Part shown: positions 38,621-47,977 of the stretch, in pieces | How positions within the stretch are numbered: position 1 is the stretch's first letter | Layout of the letters: each line of letters begins with the position of its first letter | Source of the DNA: an uncultured Pseudomonadota bacterium | GTDB lineage: Bacteria > Oederibacteriota > Muellerivitia > Muellerivitales > Muellerivitaceae | NCBI GenBank assembly: GCA_963836235.1 | Contig: CAWIIP010000002.1 | Coordinates: forward strand, 1,248,001-1,312,000 | Reading direction: 5' to 3' | Length of the DNA: 64,000 nucleotides | Notes under the pieces: generated by a model | The model's database searches: none | The model's input: the letters and a program-made list of their open reading frames with translations, nothing else | What the model was told of the DNA's origin: nothing | Position numbers and translations under genes: made by a program

Positions 38621-40551
38621 TTCTCTTGGAGAACCACTTGGTCCAATCGGATGGCTTCGCCCAGGGACCAGGCTTGAAAAGGGCAGCCCCTGGGAATGAA
38701 AGGATCTTCCCCATCGGCGATTTCCGGCAGGTGCCCGAGCCCAGATTGGCTCAAATGGTCCAGCAGGGGTTGTAAAAATTTTTCGCGGGCTTCCTCTTTG
38801 GCTTGGGGGCTGTTTCCCCTCACCCTGACCCAGGCTTCCACGAAGGGTCCCATCAGCCAGGGCCAAACCGTGCCTTGGTGGTAGGAACTGTCCCTTTCCA
38901 ATACACCGCCCTGGTAATGCCGCCGAAAACCCGGCTCACCCGGGGCCAGCGAGCGCAACCCGAGTGGCGTTAGCAGCCGGCTTTCGACCGCCTGAACCAC
39001 GAGTTTGGATTTTTCATCGTCCAAAAGGGTCAAGGGCAACCCTCCCACCGCGAAAATCTGGTTTGGCCGGAAGGAGGAGTCGCCGGTACCCGGCTGGCGT
39101 TTCACGTCCACCACGTCGTACAAGTAACGGCCTGCCCCTTTCCAAAACCGGTTTTGGAAGGAAACCAGGGCCTTCTTGAATAAAGTTTCCCATCGGTCGG
39201 AAAAATGCCCTCCGACCCAAAGAGCGTTGATCCAAAGGGCTTCCACTTCCACGGGCTTGCCCACCCGAGGTGTGACCGCTTTGTTGTTGACCCGGGCATC
39301 CATCCAAGTCAGGGAATCGTCCCCCTCCCCCGCCCAGAGCAGGCCGTCCTCGTCCGCCTTGATTCCCCAGCGGGTTCCTTGGAAGTAACCTTGCAATATT
39401 TGCTCGACCGGAGCTTGGAACTCGCTCCAGTCTTTTTTGGAAATATTCCCTTCCCGGGCCGCCTTCAAATAATCGTAAACGGCGATCACGTACCAAAGGG
39501 ACGCGTCCACCGAGTGATATTCGGGCGCCTCCCCTAAATCGGGAAAGCGGTTGGGAACCATTCCTTGGGAAATGGCCTTGGCCCACTCCAGCAGGATTTT
39601 CCGGGTTTCCTCCAACCGTCCCAGGGCCAGCCCCAAGCCCCGGATGGAAACGAAGGTATCCCGGCCCCAATCGGTGAACCAGGGATAACCCGCGATAATC
39701 GTCTCGCCCTCCCCCCGCTTCGCGAAATATTGGTCGGCGGCCTGGGCCAGGGGACCGGTGAAAGACTGGCGCCGCTTCTCTTCCTGGGTCCGGTAACGGT
39801 CGAAAACTTCTTCCACTTTTTGCAGCGCATCCGGGGAACCGGGTTTTTCGCCTCCCGCTTGGAAAATGAGCAGGGCCCGGGTCTTGGTGAAGTTCCATTG
39901 GAAAAGCCCCGGCGTGGCCAAATCCTCCACCGCGTCCAATCCCCTCTGCTGCTCTTGTTCGTAAAGGAACTGGCGGTACCAGTCGGGCTGATGGTGGTAA
40001 TGGCCGTTATGAAGGGCTGTCAAAAGGGGGGCGTGGGAATAGGGTTTCCAATAGACGGACTTCTCGAAAATGTCCGCGTCGAATTGGAATTCCTTGTTCT
40101 CATGTTGGAGCGAATGGTAATCCACGAAGGAAAGTAGTGGCCTCACCGAAAGCCGCACCGGCTCCTTGGCGTTCAGGAGCTTCCAGGAAACCACCACTGC
40201 GGCCTCGCCCTTGGGGACAAAAAGCTCTTGTTCCAGCGCCATGCCATGGGGAAGGCGGTACACCCATTTCGGCCAAGGATCGGTTTGGAAGGACTCGATG
40301 GATTCGGACCCGTTGGGCGTGATAACTCCGGGGAAATACATCTGGGAGGACAAATGGAAGAGACTGTCGTCGATTTCAACCCAGGCATCCAATCCTTTCA
40401 CGAGGGTCATGCGGCCCGTGGGAGGCGTGGCGGCGGTCAAAAGGAGCGAATGGTAACGCCGGGTGCGGATGCCAATAGTGGTTCCGGAAGCGAAACCTCC
40501 CAAACCATCCGTCTCTAGCCATTCAGTTTCTCGATTAAGGGATAGGGGCAT
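38617..40551 (-). CDS. Amylo-alpha-1,6-glucosidase (glycogen-debranching enzyme, archaeal/GDE type)
   Basis: 'EWLETDGLGGFASGT...TRRYH', 'IAGYPWFTDWGRDT', 'TWMDA', 'YHQGTVWPWL', 'GCPFQAWS'. Confidence 0.92.
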   Translation of the reverse strand: MPLSLNRETEWLETDGLGGFASGTTIGIRTRRYHSLLLTAATPPTGRMTLVKGLDAWVEIDDSLFHLSSQMYFPGVITPNGSESIESFQTDPWPKWVYRLPHGMALEQELFVPKGEAAVVVSWKLLNAKEPVRLSVRPLLSFVDYHSLQHENKEFQFDADIFEKSVYWKPYSHAPLLTALHNGHYHHQPDWYRQFLYEQEQQRGLDAVEDLATPGLFQWNFTKTRALLIFQAGGEKPGSPDALQKVEEVFDRYRTQEEKRRQSFTGPLAQAADQYFAKRGEGETIIAGYPWFTDWGRDTFVSIRGLGLALGRLEETRKILLEWAKAISQGMVPNRFPDLGEAPEYHSVDASLWYVIAVYDYLKAAREGNISKKDWSEFQAPVEQILQGYFQGTRWGIKADEDGLLWAGEGDDSLTWMDARVNNKAVTPRVGKPVEVEALWINALWVGGHFSDRWETLFKKALVSFQNRFWKGAGRYLYDVVDVKRQPGTGDSSFRPNQIFAVGGLPLTLLDDEKSKLVVQAVESRLLTPLGLRSLAPGEPGFRRHYQGGVLERDSSYHQGTVWPWLMGPFVEAWVRVRGNSPQAKEEAREKFLQPLLDHLSQSGLGHLPEIADGEDPFIPRGCPFQAWSLGEAIRLDQVVLQEK

Positions 40552-40568
40552 TTGAAATCCTATGATTT

Positions 40569-41711
40569 TTATACGAACGTAATAATGTTTTTTATTCCGC
40601 CCGGATCGCCCAAAAGCAGGTCCTTGTGTTTCTCCGGGGCGAACCGGCCCGTGATCAGCGCCTTGACGGCCTGGGGCCAGCGCTTCTTGAAAACCGCCAG
40701 GTCCTCAATAGCCTTCACATAGGCGTTCTTGCCCGCGTTGACCGACCCGAAAACCACTTGGTTTTTCAAGACCAGGTCACGCATCAATAAATCCGTGTCC
40801 ACCTCGATGGGGGCTTTGCGTCCCGGCACTCCGGTAAAAACGAAAACACCGTTGGTGCCCAGATACTTCATCATCTCAAAGGAAAGCCGGGAAGCGCCCG
40901 TTGCCTCGTAAACCAAATCCACGTTGCCCACTTGGGCGGCCAATTGTTCCAGGCTGGTCACCGAGCCAGAAACGTAAGTGGCTCCAATTTCCTGGGTCAG
41001 CTGGGCCTTCGGCGATCCCTCCGGTTCCTTGGAATAAACGAAGGTCTTGAATCCCGCCGCGCAAAGAAGCATGGCGCCCAAAAGGCCCACCGGCCCGGCC
41101 CCTAAAACAACGGCATTGTGGGGATAGCCGATTTCCGCGGGTGGTATTCTTTCGCCTTGGCGGTGGGGATGCTGGTCGTGGCGGCAGGCCCAGGGCAGGC
41201 GGGCCTGAATGTCCCAGACTTGGAGGAGCGATTTTTCCGCGATGGTCAGGGGTTCGGTGAGCACCCCCACGTCCCGCAATTCCGCCGGAACGAGGTTCAT
41301 GTATTTTTCGTCGTCCACCACTGTCTCCGTCATGAATCCATGCAAGCCGTTGATGCCTCTTTCTTTGTAACCACCGGTGGTGCAAAAATCCTGGCGGCCG
41401 ACTCGGCAAGGGATACAATGGGGATCCCCACAGGGGCGGCGCACGATGGTGACGACCAGGTCGCCGGGCTTCAGGCTTTTCACGCCCGGTCCCGCTTCCA
41501 TTACCTGTCCCAGGGATTCGTGGCCTAAGATCAGGTAATCCGACCCGGCCGGCGGTGTGCCATATTCGAAAGAACAGATTTCCTTGTCGGTCCCACAGAC
41601 CCCGATATCAAGCATTTTAAGTTTCACTTCGGTCGGGCCTTGAAAGGCGGGCGCCGGCGCGTCGATTAATTGGACCTGTCTTTTTGCTGGGAAAACAGCG
41701 ATGGCTTTCAT
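40569..41711 (-). CDS. Zn-dependent glucose 1-dehydrogenase (MDR family, archaeal type)
   Basis: 'GVCGTD.EI', 'LGHES', 'VRRPC...C..C...DFC', 'ERGI...HG', 'GAGPVG', 'GSVNA'. Start ATG 41711 with GAGGTG RBS. Confidence 0.85.
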   Translation of the reverse strand: MKAIAVFPAKRQVQLIDAPAPAFQGPTEVKLKMLDIGVCGTDKEICSFEYGTPPAGSDYLILGHESLGQVMEAGPGVKSLKPGDLVVTIVRRPCGDPHCIPCRVGRQDFCTTGGYKERGINGLHGFMTETVVDDEKYMNLVPAELRDVGVLTEPLTIAEKSLLQVWDIQARLPWACRHDQHPHRQGERIPPAEIGYPHNAVVLGAGPVGLLGAMLLCAAGFKTFVYSKEPEGSPKAQLTQEIGATYVSGSVTSLEQLAAQVGNVDLVYEATGASRLSFEMMKYLGTNGVFVFTGVPGRKAPIEVDTDLLMRDLVLKNQVVFGSVNAGKNAYVKAIEDLAVFKKRWPQAVKALITGRFAPEKHKDLLLGDPGGIKNIITFV

Positions 41712-41901
41712 GCGCACCTCTTGAAGAGCGAATCCGGGAATAAAATCCCTTGGACACCCATCATAAAGGCACGAGGTGCCTTTTTTCATGGGTTAAAGTT
41801 ACTTTTACGTAACTCGATAAGGATGAGGAGGATTTATTTTTGTCGGACTCCCGGTTAGCATGAATCTGTTCCAAATCTACGGTTTCAAGGAGATCAAAAA
41901 C

Positions 41902-42144
41902 ATGTCAGAACCCCACATCGCAATGAAAGCGCCCGCCAAAGTCGAACTGGAAGCCGGAAAAACCTACGCCTGGTGCGCCTGCGGCCATTCCCAAAGCCAG
42001 CCCTTTTGCGATGGGTCGCACAAGGCCCATCCGCCCTTCGTTCCCCTCGTCTTCAAGGCCGAGGAATCCAAGACCGCCTTCCTCTGCCAGTGCAAGCACT
42101 CGAGCAACAAACCCTACTGCGACGGCACGCACAAAACCCTCTAA
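41902..42144 (+). CDS. CDGSH iron-sulfur protein (two CDGSH motifs, MiNT-like)
   Basis: 'WCACGHSQSQPFCDGSH' and 'LCQCKHSSNKPYCDGTH'. AGGAG RBS before ATG 41902. Confidence 0.93.
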   Translation: MSEPHIAMKAPAKVELEAGKTYAWCACGHSQSQPFCDGSHKAHPPFVPLVFKAEESKTAFLCQCKHSSNKPYCDGTHKTL

Positions 42145-42154
42145 AATTCTTTCC

Positions 42155-42193
42155 AAAAAAAAGCCGGACAGGAAATCCTGTCCGGCTTTTTTT
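42155..42193. terminator. Bidirectional rho-independent terminator
   Basis: A8-GCCGGACAGG-loop-CCTGTCCGGC-T7 between convergent genes. Confidence 0.9.
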
Positions 42194-42239
42194 ATTGGGG
42201 CCTTTCAATATTCATCCGGATAACGGGGGGAAATGAACT

Positions 42240-42584
42240 TTATTCCGGTTGTAAACCGCCAAGGAAATTTTGGAGATTACCCTCGGACATCTCCGAAATC
42301 GGGAAAAACCTCAGCCCGCAAAGGGCCTCCCGGGCCCAAACGATCTTTCCGAAAGCTTCCACGATTTGGTCCCGGCTCATGTCGAAGCGCAATTTTAGGT
42401 AGGAACCCACCTGGAGGGGTTTGGGGGTTTTCAAGCAAAGGCCGCCGCCGCTGATGTCTTGGGATAGTCCGGAAAGAATCGTTTCCTCGGAGTCGACTGA
42501 ATAGGAGGGGAACACCGGATAAATCTCCACCGGTTTTTGGAACGGCATCCGGTTGTATTGCCTTTTATCAACATCAGGATTCAT
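42240..42584 (-). CDS. Stand-alone PilZ-domain protein
   Basis: RxxxR ('KRQYNR') and DxSxxG ('DISGGG') c-di-GMP motifs, 'GKIVW', 'GLRF'. Confidence 0.88.
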   Translation of the reverse strand: MNPDVDKRQYNRMPFQKPVEIYPVFPSYSVDSEETILSGLSQDISGGGLCLKTPKPLQVGSYLKLRFDMSRDQIVEAFGKIVWAREALCGLRFFPISEMSEGNLQNFLGGLQPE

Positions 42585-42655
42585 GCGGGCCTCTTCAGAA
42601 AAGGTAGATCAGTTTCTCTTTTTTTACAATATTTGAAAAGGGGAAAATGGACTTT

Positions 42656-44170
42656 TTACTCGACCTGATGGCCCAGAAAGGGAACGTTGGGGAGCGGGAG
42701 GTTCTGGTAGGCCTTGGGCAGGGCGGGTTCAATGAAATCATGGACGATTTCTTGGTGAAATATTCCTAACAAAAGAACGGCGAGGGCCAAAAGAAACAAA
42801 GGGGCTTTGGAACCGAAAGACAGTGGCGCGCGGAAGGAAGCCGCTTTGCGGTGCTCGAATAAAAGCCAAAGAAACCGCGCGGCCGTCCAAAGGTTGAAAA
42901 GAAGGGCCGCGCTGAGGGGAACAATCAGAAACCAGTCCCTTTTCTCGAAAAGTCCCTGGAACAGGTAGAACTTTCCGAAAGAACCCGCTGTGGGGGGCAC
43001 TCCCACGATGGAAAAAGTAAAAATCACCAGGCAGAGGGCCAGGCTGAAATCATGGCGCCCAAGACCGGCCAGTTTGGAAAAGGGATGGGCTCCCGTGGGT
43101 TTCAGGCTTAGGATTCCTACCGCCGTGAAGAGGCCCATCACCACCAGTATCTGGCTGAGCAGTTCCATCAAGGACCCCGTGAGGGCGCTTTTATTGCCCG
43201 CGACGAACCCCATCAAGGGAAAGGCTAGCTGGGCCGCGCCGAGGAAAGCCACCGAATGGAGGAAATCCTTCTGCCGCGCGGCATAAACAAAACAGGCCAG
43301 AAAAAAAAGGGCGAAGGGATATTCCAACCCCGTGAGCCAGGCGGGTTGCTCCAGGCCGGGAACATTCAGCACGAAAAAAAGGAGGAGGAATAAGAGATAA
43401 ACCGCCGTCCGTACCATCACTGAGGAGAAAAAGCCCAATAGGAAAGGAGGGGTCTGGTCCAACAGGCGGGTGAAAAAGAAGGGTGTGGGAAAGGAAAAGT
43501 GGAAGGCCCAAGCGGCGGTCAGGAAAAAACCGGCGGTCAGGGCCATCGAAAAATTTTTCGTGATGAAAAGCTGGGCCAAGAGATCGTCCAGGTGGAGGGT
43601 CCCCGTCGCCGAATAGAGGAAAAGAAAACCGGCCAGAAGCAAGGAGGCCCCCAGGCTTCCGCCCAGCAGCAGGTAAAATCCCTCCAGCCAGCCTTGCCGG
43701 GTCAGGCAAACCAAAAGGCCCGCGGCGGCCACCATTGAAATTTCCAGGAAAAGGTAAAGGGTAAAGCCGTCCCTCGCCCAAAGCTGAGTCAAAAGAGCCG
43801 AAACCAAAATTAAAAGCAGGGTTCCTCCCAGACTTTCCCGGGATTTCAAAAGCCCCCCCATCAAGCCGAAGGAACCCAGGATGAAAAAAGACACCATCGC
43901 GCACAAAAGGATGAAGCAAGCCAGGAAGGCCGAAAAGGGAGTGATCAAAAGTTCGATTCCCCAGGGAGGCGCCCAACCTCCCAGGGAATAATGCCAAAAT
44001 CCCTCCGCGAAAAGTTTTGGAAAAGAAAGGAGGGTGAAACCGAAGGTCAGCAAAAGGGTTCCATAGGTCGCCCAGCGGGAAAGCCGGTAAGAAAGAAAAC
44101 CCATCCCCAGGGCCAGCCAGGCTCCGGCCAGGGGAAAGAGCGCCATCAGGATGGGAAGCTGGTCTTTCAT
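42656..44170 (-). CDS. MrpD/MnhD-like (NuoL/M/N family) proton-translocating subunit, divergent
   Basis: 'Y.LGGWAPPWGIE', 'LYLFLEI', 'LYSATGTL', 'S.VGVPPTAG.FGKFYL', about 14 TM. Several conserved residues are missing. Confidence 0.8.
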   Translation of the reverse strand: MKDQLPILMALFPLAGAWLALGMGFLSYRLSRWATYGTLLLTFGFTLLSFPKLFAEGFWHYSLGGWAPPWGIELLITPFSAFLACFILLCAMVSFFILGSFGLMGGLLKSRESLGGTLLLILVSALLTQLWARDGFTLYLFLEISMVAAAGLLVCLTRQGWLEGFYLLLGGSLGASLLLAGFLFLYSATGTLHLDDLLAQLFITKNFSMALTAGFFLTAAWAFHFSFPTPFFFTRLLDQTPPFLLGFFSSVMVRTAVYLLFLLLFFVLNVPGLEQPAWLTGLEYPFALFFLACFVYAARQKDFLHSVAFLGAAQLAFPLMGFVAGNKSALTGSLMELLSQILVVMGLFTAVGILSLKPTGAHPFSKLAGLGRHDFSLALCLVIFTFSIVGVPPTAGSFGKFYLFQGLFEKRDWFLIVPLSAALLFNLWTAARFLWLLFEHRKAASFRAPLSFGSKAPLFLLALAVLLLGIFHQEIVHDFIEPALPKAYQNLPLPNVPFLGHQVE

Positions 44171-44478
44171 TTGGAACCCCGCTTGCCGATTTCCCTACTG
44201 TCGAGCGTCTTATGGCGCCTTTCCAGTTTCAGGCAAAAAACAGCCAAGAGAATTCCCACCCCGGCGGTACAAGCCACGATCAGGCCGATGAGAACCATTG
44301 GAAGGGGGCTTCCGGGGGGCCCCAGTTTCCAGAGAAAGGCAGCCAATCCCAATTGGAACAGGCCCCATCCGACTGCCTTGCGTCCCAGGTTCGAGTAGAA
44401 GAAAACACCGTGGAAACCGATGAGGCAAAAAGCCAGGGAAAGGCTGAAATGGAGGACATTTCCGGGATTAACGTCCAC
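44167..44478 (-). CDS. MrpC/MnhC-like subunit
   Basis: Three TM, 'IG..G.....NL.RK..G', 'PLP.VL.....V', C-terminal 'TLD'. Overlaps both neighbours. Confidence 0.75.
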   Translation of the reverse strand: MDVNPGNVLHFSLSLAFCLIGFHGVFFYSNLGRKAVGWGLFQLGLAAFLWKLGPPGSPLPMVLIGLIVACTAGVGILLAVFCLKLERRHKTLDSREIGKRGSK

Positions 44479-45049
44479 CAGGGCCCTCCGGCGTCCATAT
44501 CCATCTCAGGACGATGGACAAAAGTCCTCCGAAACAAAGTAAAGTTCCGGCCAAAAGGACAAGGGATCCGTCCCACCGGGCCCGGGCCGGTTCAGCCCAG
44601 GAAACCAGGGACTCGTAATCGAGAAAATTACTTCCGGCCCTCAAGCTCAAAAAACCAAGTCCCAATAACACCAAAACCCCCAGGCCGAACCACATATAAG
44701 AGGAAAGAAGAACCCCAAAAGAAGGGGGATGGTGGAAAAAAAAGAAAATGGCCAGGGCCGCCGTAGAAAAAAGGATCCCCACCGCCAGCAGGTCGAAACT
44801 CCGGTAATCGGCCAGCACCGCTTCAACCGGGGAATGGATGCCTGTTTCGACCTCGCAGCGCTGCTGGTAGCGCAGGGTCAAGTGCGACGACAAGGGGGAG
44901 GAAGATTTCTCTCGGGTAGGAACTTGGCCGAAGGCGTAAACCAAAATTCCCGCCAACAGCAGGGTGAGAAACCAGGAAGCGGTTTTCAATGGGATTCCTT
45001 TAATCAGTAAAAGTCGGCCTATCCTAGCAGGTTGCGATTTTCCCTTCAT
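44468..45049 (-). CDS. MrpB/MnhB (MbhE-like) subunit, divergent
   Basis: 'ETG..S.V.AVLADYRSFD' matches the MnhB/MrpA C-terminal 'V..IL.DYR.FDT.GE' motif. Also 'G.NFLDY'. Start uncertain (ATG 45049). Confidence 0.7.
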   Translation of the reverse strand: MKGKSQPARIGRLLLIKGIPLKTASWFLTLLLAGILVYAFGQVPTREKSSSPLSSHLTLRYQQRCEVETGIHSPVEAVLADYRSFDLLAVGILFSTAALAIFFFFHHPPSFGVLLSSYMWFGLGVLVLLGLGFLSLRAGSNFLDYESLVSWAEPARARWDGSLVLLAGTLLCFGGLLSIVLRWIWTPEGPGGR

Positions 45050-45096
45050 CTTGGAAATGAGAGAGGCGGCGCCGGGCCTTTGAAGTATGATAAAAG

Positions 45097-47268
45097 ATGA
45101 TGGACGGGCAAACCTTTGGAGACCCATTGACCTCTTTCACTTCAACGAAAAACCAGGCTTCCCTCTTTTTAATCGGGGCTCTTCTTTCGGCGGCCCTCGG
45201 ACAGGCTTTTCTCGCCCAATCGGTACTGCCTTGGACCCTCATCCCGGGACTGGCTTTTTACGTCCTGGCTTTGGGGCTACTCCACTCATCCCTTCCCCCC
45301 TTTTCCGCGTCCCAAGAATCACAACCCTTCTCTTCACGGATGGAATGGACCTTTTTTCTTCTCATCCTCTTGTTGGCTTTTGGATTTAGGATTTACCACA
45401 TCGATTCCATCCCTTCGGGCATGCACACTGACCAGGGTTTGATGGGCCAATCCGGCTTGCGGGTGGCTTTCGAAGGCTGGCGTCCATTCTTCGAGGTTCT
45501 CAATTATCACGTTCCCGAAGTCACCCTTTATTACCTGATGGGGGCCTGGTTTACGCTGGTGGGTTCTTCTTATTTCACTTTTCATCTCTTTTTCATACTT
45601 TTCTCCCTGGCGGCCTTTCCTTTTATTTACCTGGTCTTCCGGCAATGGGCGGGTCCGAAAGTGGCGCTCCTGGCGCTCTTCTTCCTGGCGGTTATGCGCT
45701 GGCACCTGATTTTCAGCCGCAACGGATTCCCCACCATCCAGGTTCCTTTTTATCTTTTCGCCGCGCTTTATTTTTGGATGAAATGGACGAAAAGCCAGAA
45801 GGCCGGTTCATTACTGGTCTCGGCGGCCTTTTGTGGATTGGGCCTTTATACCTACCAATCCTTCAAGGCCGTTCCCTTTCTGATGTTGGTTTTTGCCCTT
45901 TATGAATATTTCCGCGATGGCCGGAGCGCCCAGGTACGGCGGCAAATCCTGGCTTTTTTTCTTTTGCTGACCATCCTGGTGTCGCCTCTTTTTTACTATA
46001 TGGCCGCCCAAGGCAGCCTGGGCAACCGGGAAAGGGAGCTTTTCATCGGCAAAACGGTGGTGGAACAAAAAAGCCTGATGCCTCTTTTGCGGGTATGGGC
46101 CGGAACAGCCTTGATGTTCAACCGGGAAGGTGAATCCAACCCCCGCCACAACATTCCAGGACATCGCATGCTGGACGATGCCACCGCCATCTTTTTCATA
46201 TTAGGCTTAGGCCTCGCTTGGCGTCGATGGAAGGAACCCGGGGCCTTTTATCCGCTCGCGGGGTTTGGCGTGATGAGCCTCACCTGTCTTCTTTCCACCG
46301 ACCCCGCCCATGCCAACCGTTTGCTGGTGCTGACGCCGTTGATCGCTTACTTCTCGGCCCAAGCGCTTATGACTTTGGTGGAAAGAATCTTCCCCGCGGG
46401 CAGCCGGATGCCGCGATGGGCGCTCGGCCTCCTCTTGGGGGCGGTCGCCCTTCAGAACGCCGACGCTTATTTTATCGAGGAAGCTCAAAATCATGACTGT
46501 TGGCTGGGATACGGGGTGGAGCAAAACTATATCGGCCGTGGCATCGAGGATTTGGAAAAGGCCCAACCGGGGCTTTTAAATTACTTCCTGGCTTTTTCCT
46601 ATTTTGGGAACCACACCATCGCTTACCTGTCTTACCCGGCCCGGGACCGCATTTTTCCCCTCAAGGCCCAGGACCTGGAAAACTCGAACCCCTTCCCCTC
46701 CAATCGGGACGCCCTCTTTTTCCTGGAACAAGGGCGGATGGGGCTGTTGGATCTTCTGAAACTAGAGTTTCCCCACGGCCGGGAGCAGCGCTTGCAGGAC
46801 TGGGACGGCCGGACGCTGGTTTATGGATACCGGGTACCCCAATCCGACCTCCAAGCCTTCCACGGGTGGAACCGCGGACTGAAGGGGACATACCTGCAAT
46901 CCTCCCAATGGACGGCCACTCCCCTGGCGGTTCGGTGGGACCCGGTCTTGAATTTCACTTACAAGGCCGACTTCCCCTTTGACAACTATCCACCCTTCCG
47001 TATCCGGTGGACGGGAACATTGGAAGTTCCCAAAAAGGGCGAATATGAATTCCAGGTTTTGACTAACGACCAAGGCCAGTTGTGGCTGGATGGAAAGCCG
47101 GTCTTGTTTGAAAAACCCCTCACGCTCACGGCCAAAGCCCACACCCTTCGGCTGGATTTCGAGAAGGACGGCGGGGACGCCATGGTCCTCCATTTGGTCT
47201 GGAAAAAACCGGGGGAATCGGGATGGGAAATCGTGCCCGCTGAGGCTTTTGGAAAAATCAGTCCTTGA
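45097..47268 (+). CDS. ArnT/PMT-like (GT-C) glycosyltransferase with C-terminal PA14 domain
   Basis: 'FRIYHID.IP.G.HTDQG', about 12 TM, 'GLYTY', 'RHN.PG..MLD'. PA14 'GL.G.Y...D..LNF...F.IRWTG.L.VPK.GEY.F...D...LWLDG...L.W..PG...IVP'. Confidence 0.8.
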   Translation: MMDGQTFGDPLTSFTSTKNQASLFLIGALLSAALGQAFLAQSVLPWTLIPGLAFYVLALGLLHSSLPPFSASQESQPFSSRMEWTFFLLILLLAFGFRIYHIDSIPSGMHTDQGLMGQSGLRVAFEGWRPFFEVLNYHVPEVTLYYLMGAWFTLVGSSYFTFHLFFILFSLAAFPFIYLVFRQWAGPKVALLALFFLAVMRWHLIFSRNGFPTIQVPFYLFAALYFWMKWTKSQKAGSLLVSAAFCGLGLYTYQSFKAVPFLMLVFALYEYFRDGRSAQVRRQILAFFLLLTILVSPLFYYMAAQGSLGNRERELFIGKTVVEQKSLMPLLRVWAGTALMFNREGESNPRHNIPGHRMLDDATAIFFILGLGLAWRRWKEPGAFYPLAGFGVMSLTCLLSTDPAHANRLLVLTPLIAYFSAQALMTLVERIFPAGSRMPRWALGLLLGAVALQNADAYFIEEAQNHDCWLGYGVEQNYIGRGIEDLEKAQPGLLNYFLAFSYFGNHTIAYLSYPARDRIFPLKAQDLENSNPFPSNRDALFFLEQGRMGLLDLLKLEFPHGREQRLQDWDGRTLVYGYRVPQSDLQAFHGWNRGLKGTYLQSSQWTATPLAVRWDPVLNFTYKADFPFDNYPPFRIRWTGTLEVPKKGEYEFQVLTNDQGQLWLDGKPVLFEKPLTLTAKAHTLRLDFEKDGGDAMVLHLVWKKPGESGWEIVPAEAFGKISP

Positions 47269-47734
47269 GAGTCTTGACGTAGGTCTCCGTGGCGATGGAA
47301 AAACCCAACTTGGAAAGCATTTTTCCTTTCGGCTGATCCAAATGTCCGCAGAATAAAGCCGATTGAACCGCTCCTCGCGCCCTCGCCTGCCTCTGGGCTT
47401 CTTCCAACAGCCGCTTCCCCGTCTCGGCCCAATCTTTTCCGGCGGAAACGACGAAATCATCGATGAGGCAGGTGAGGCCGCCCGGATCATAAACCGGCGG
47501 GGCCGGAACCAATGCCGCGATAAGAAACCCCTCAAGAGTTCCGTTTTTCTCTTCCACCAAGGCGATCACATTCTCGCGTTTGATTTGGCTTTGAAAGAAA
47601 AGAGTTTGTTTTTCGCGCGAATCTCTGGCCTTTTTCCAAAAAAGAGGTTGAGCTTTTTCATACTCAGCCCGTTTTTTCTCGGACAGCTCCACCATTTGTG
47701 AGACATCGGTTTCCACTGCCTTTCGAACACTCAT
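47258..47734 (-). CDS. GNAT family N-acetyltransferase
   Basis: 'APPVYDPGG.TC.IDDF.V', 'G..LL..A', 'D.PK..L...G'. AAGGAGG RBS before ATG 47734. Confidence 0.8.
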   Translation of the reverse strand: MSVRKAVETDVSQMVELSEKKRAEYEKAQPLFWKKARDSREKQTLFFQSQIKRENVIALVEEKNGTLEGFLIAALVPAPPVYDPGGLTCLIDDFVVSAGKDWAETGKRLLEEAQRQARARGAVQSALFCGHLDQPKGKMLSKLGFSIATETYVKTLKD

Positions 47735-47977
47735 TCTTTCCCTCCTTAATTCAGGAAATACCATGAAACTTCTCTTCCCTAAGGAATTTTTTTCATACAA
47801 GTGTAAAGTACGCCTGCTTCCTTTTGGACATCCTAATAAACCATAGATTTACACAAATTTTACGGGCCTGCGAATGATTTTAGTTGTTGCTTCCCCTGCT
47901 CCTTTTTAAACTAACAGGCATAAAATTAAGCTTTTTCCTACGCCTTTCCCCGCCCCATTTCGAGCCAAGGTGATCCA

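Noticed and set aside
38621-38866. N-terminal extension of the 957-aa GH63 ORF (similar over-extensions at 11929, 23511, 24013, 34290, 41789, 41860, 45127, 47800)
   Set aside because: They overlap neighbouring genes or promoters. Internal ATGs with RBS, ATGA coupling or family-typical N-termini fit better.
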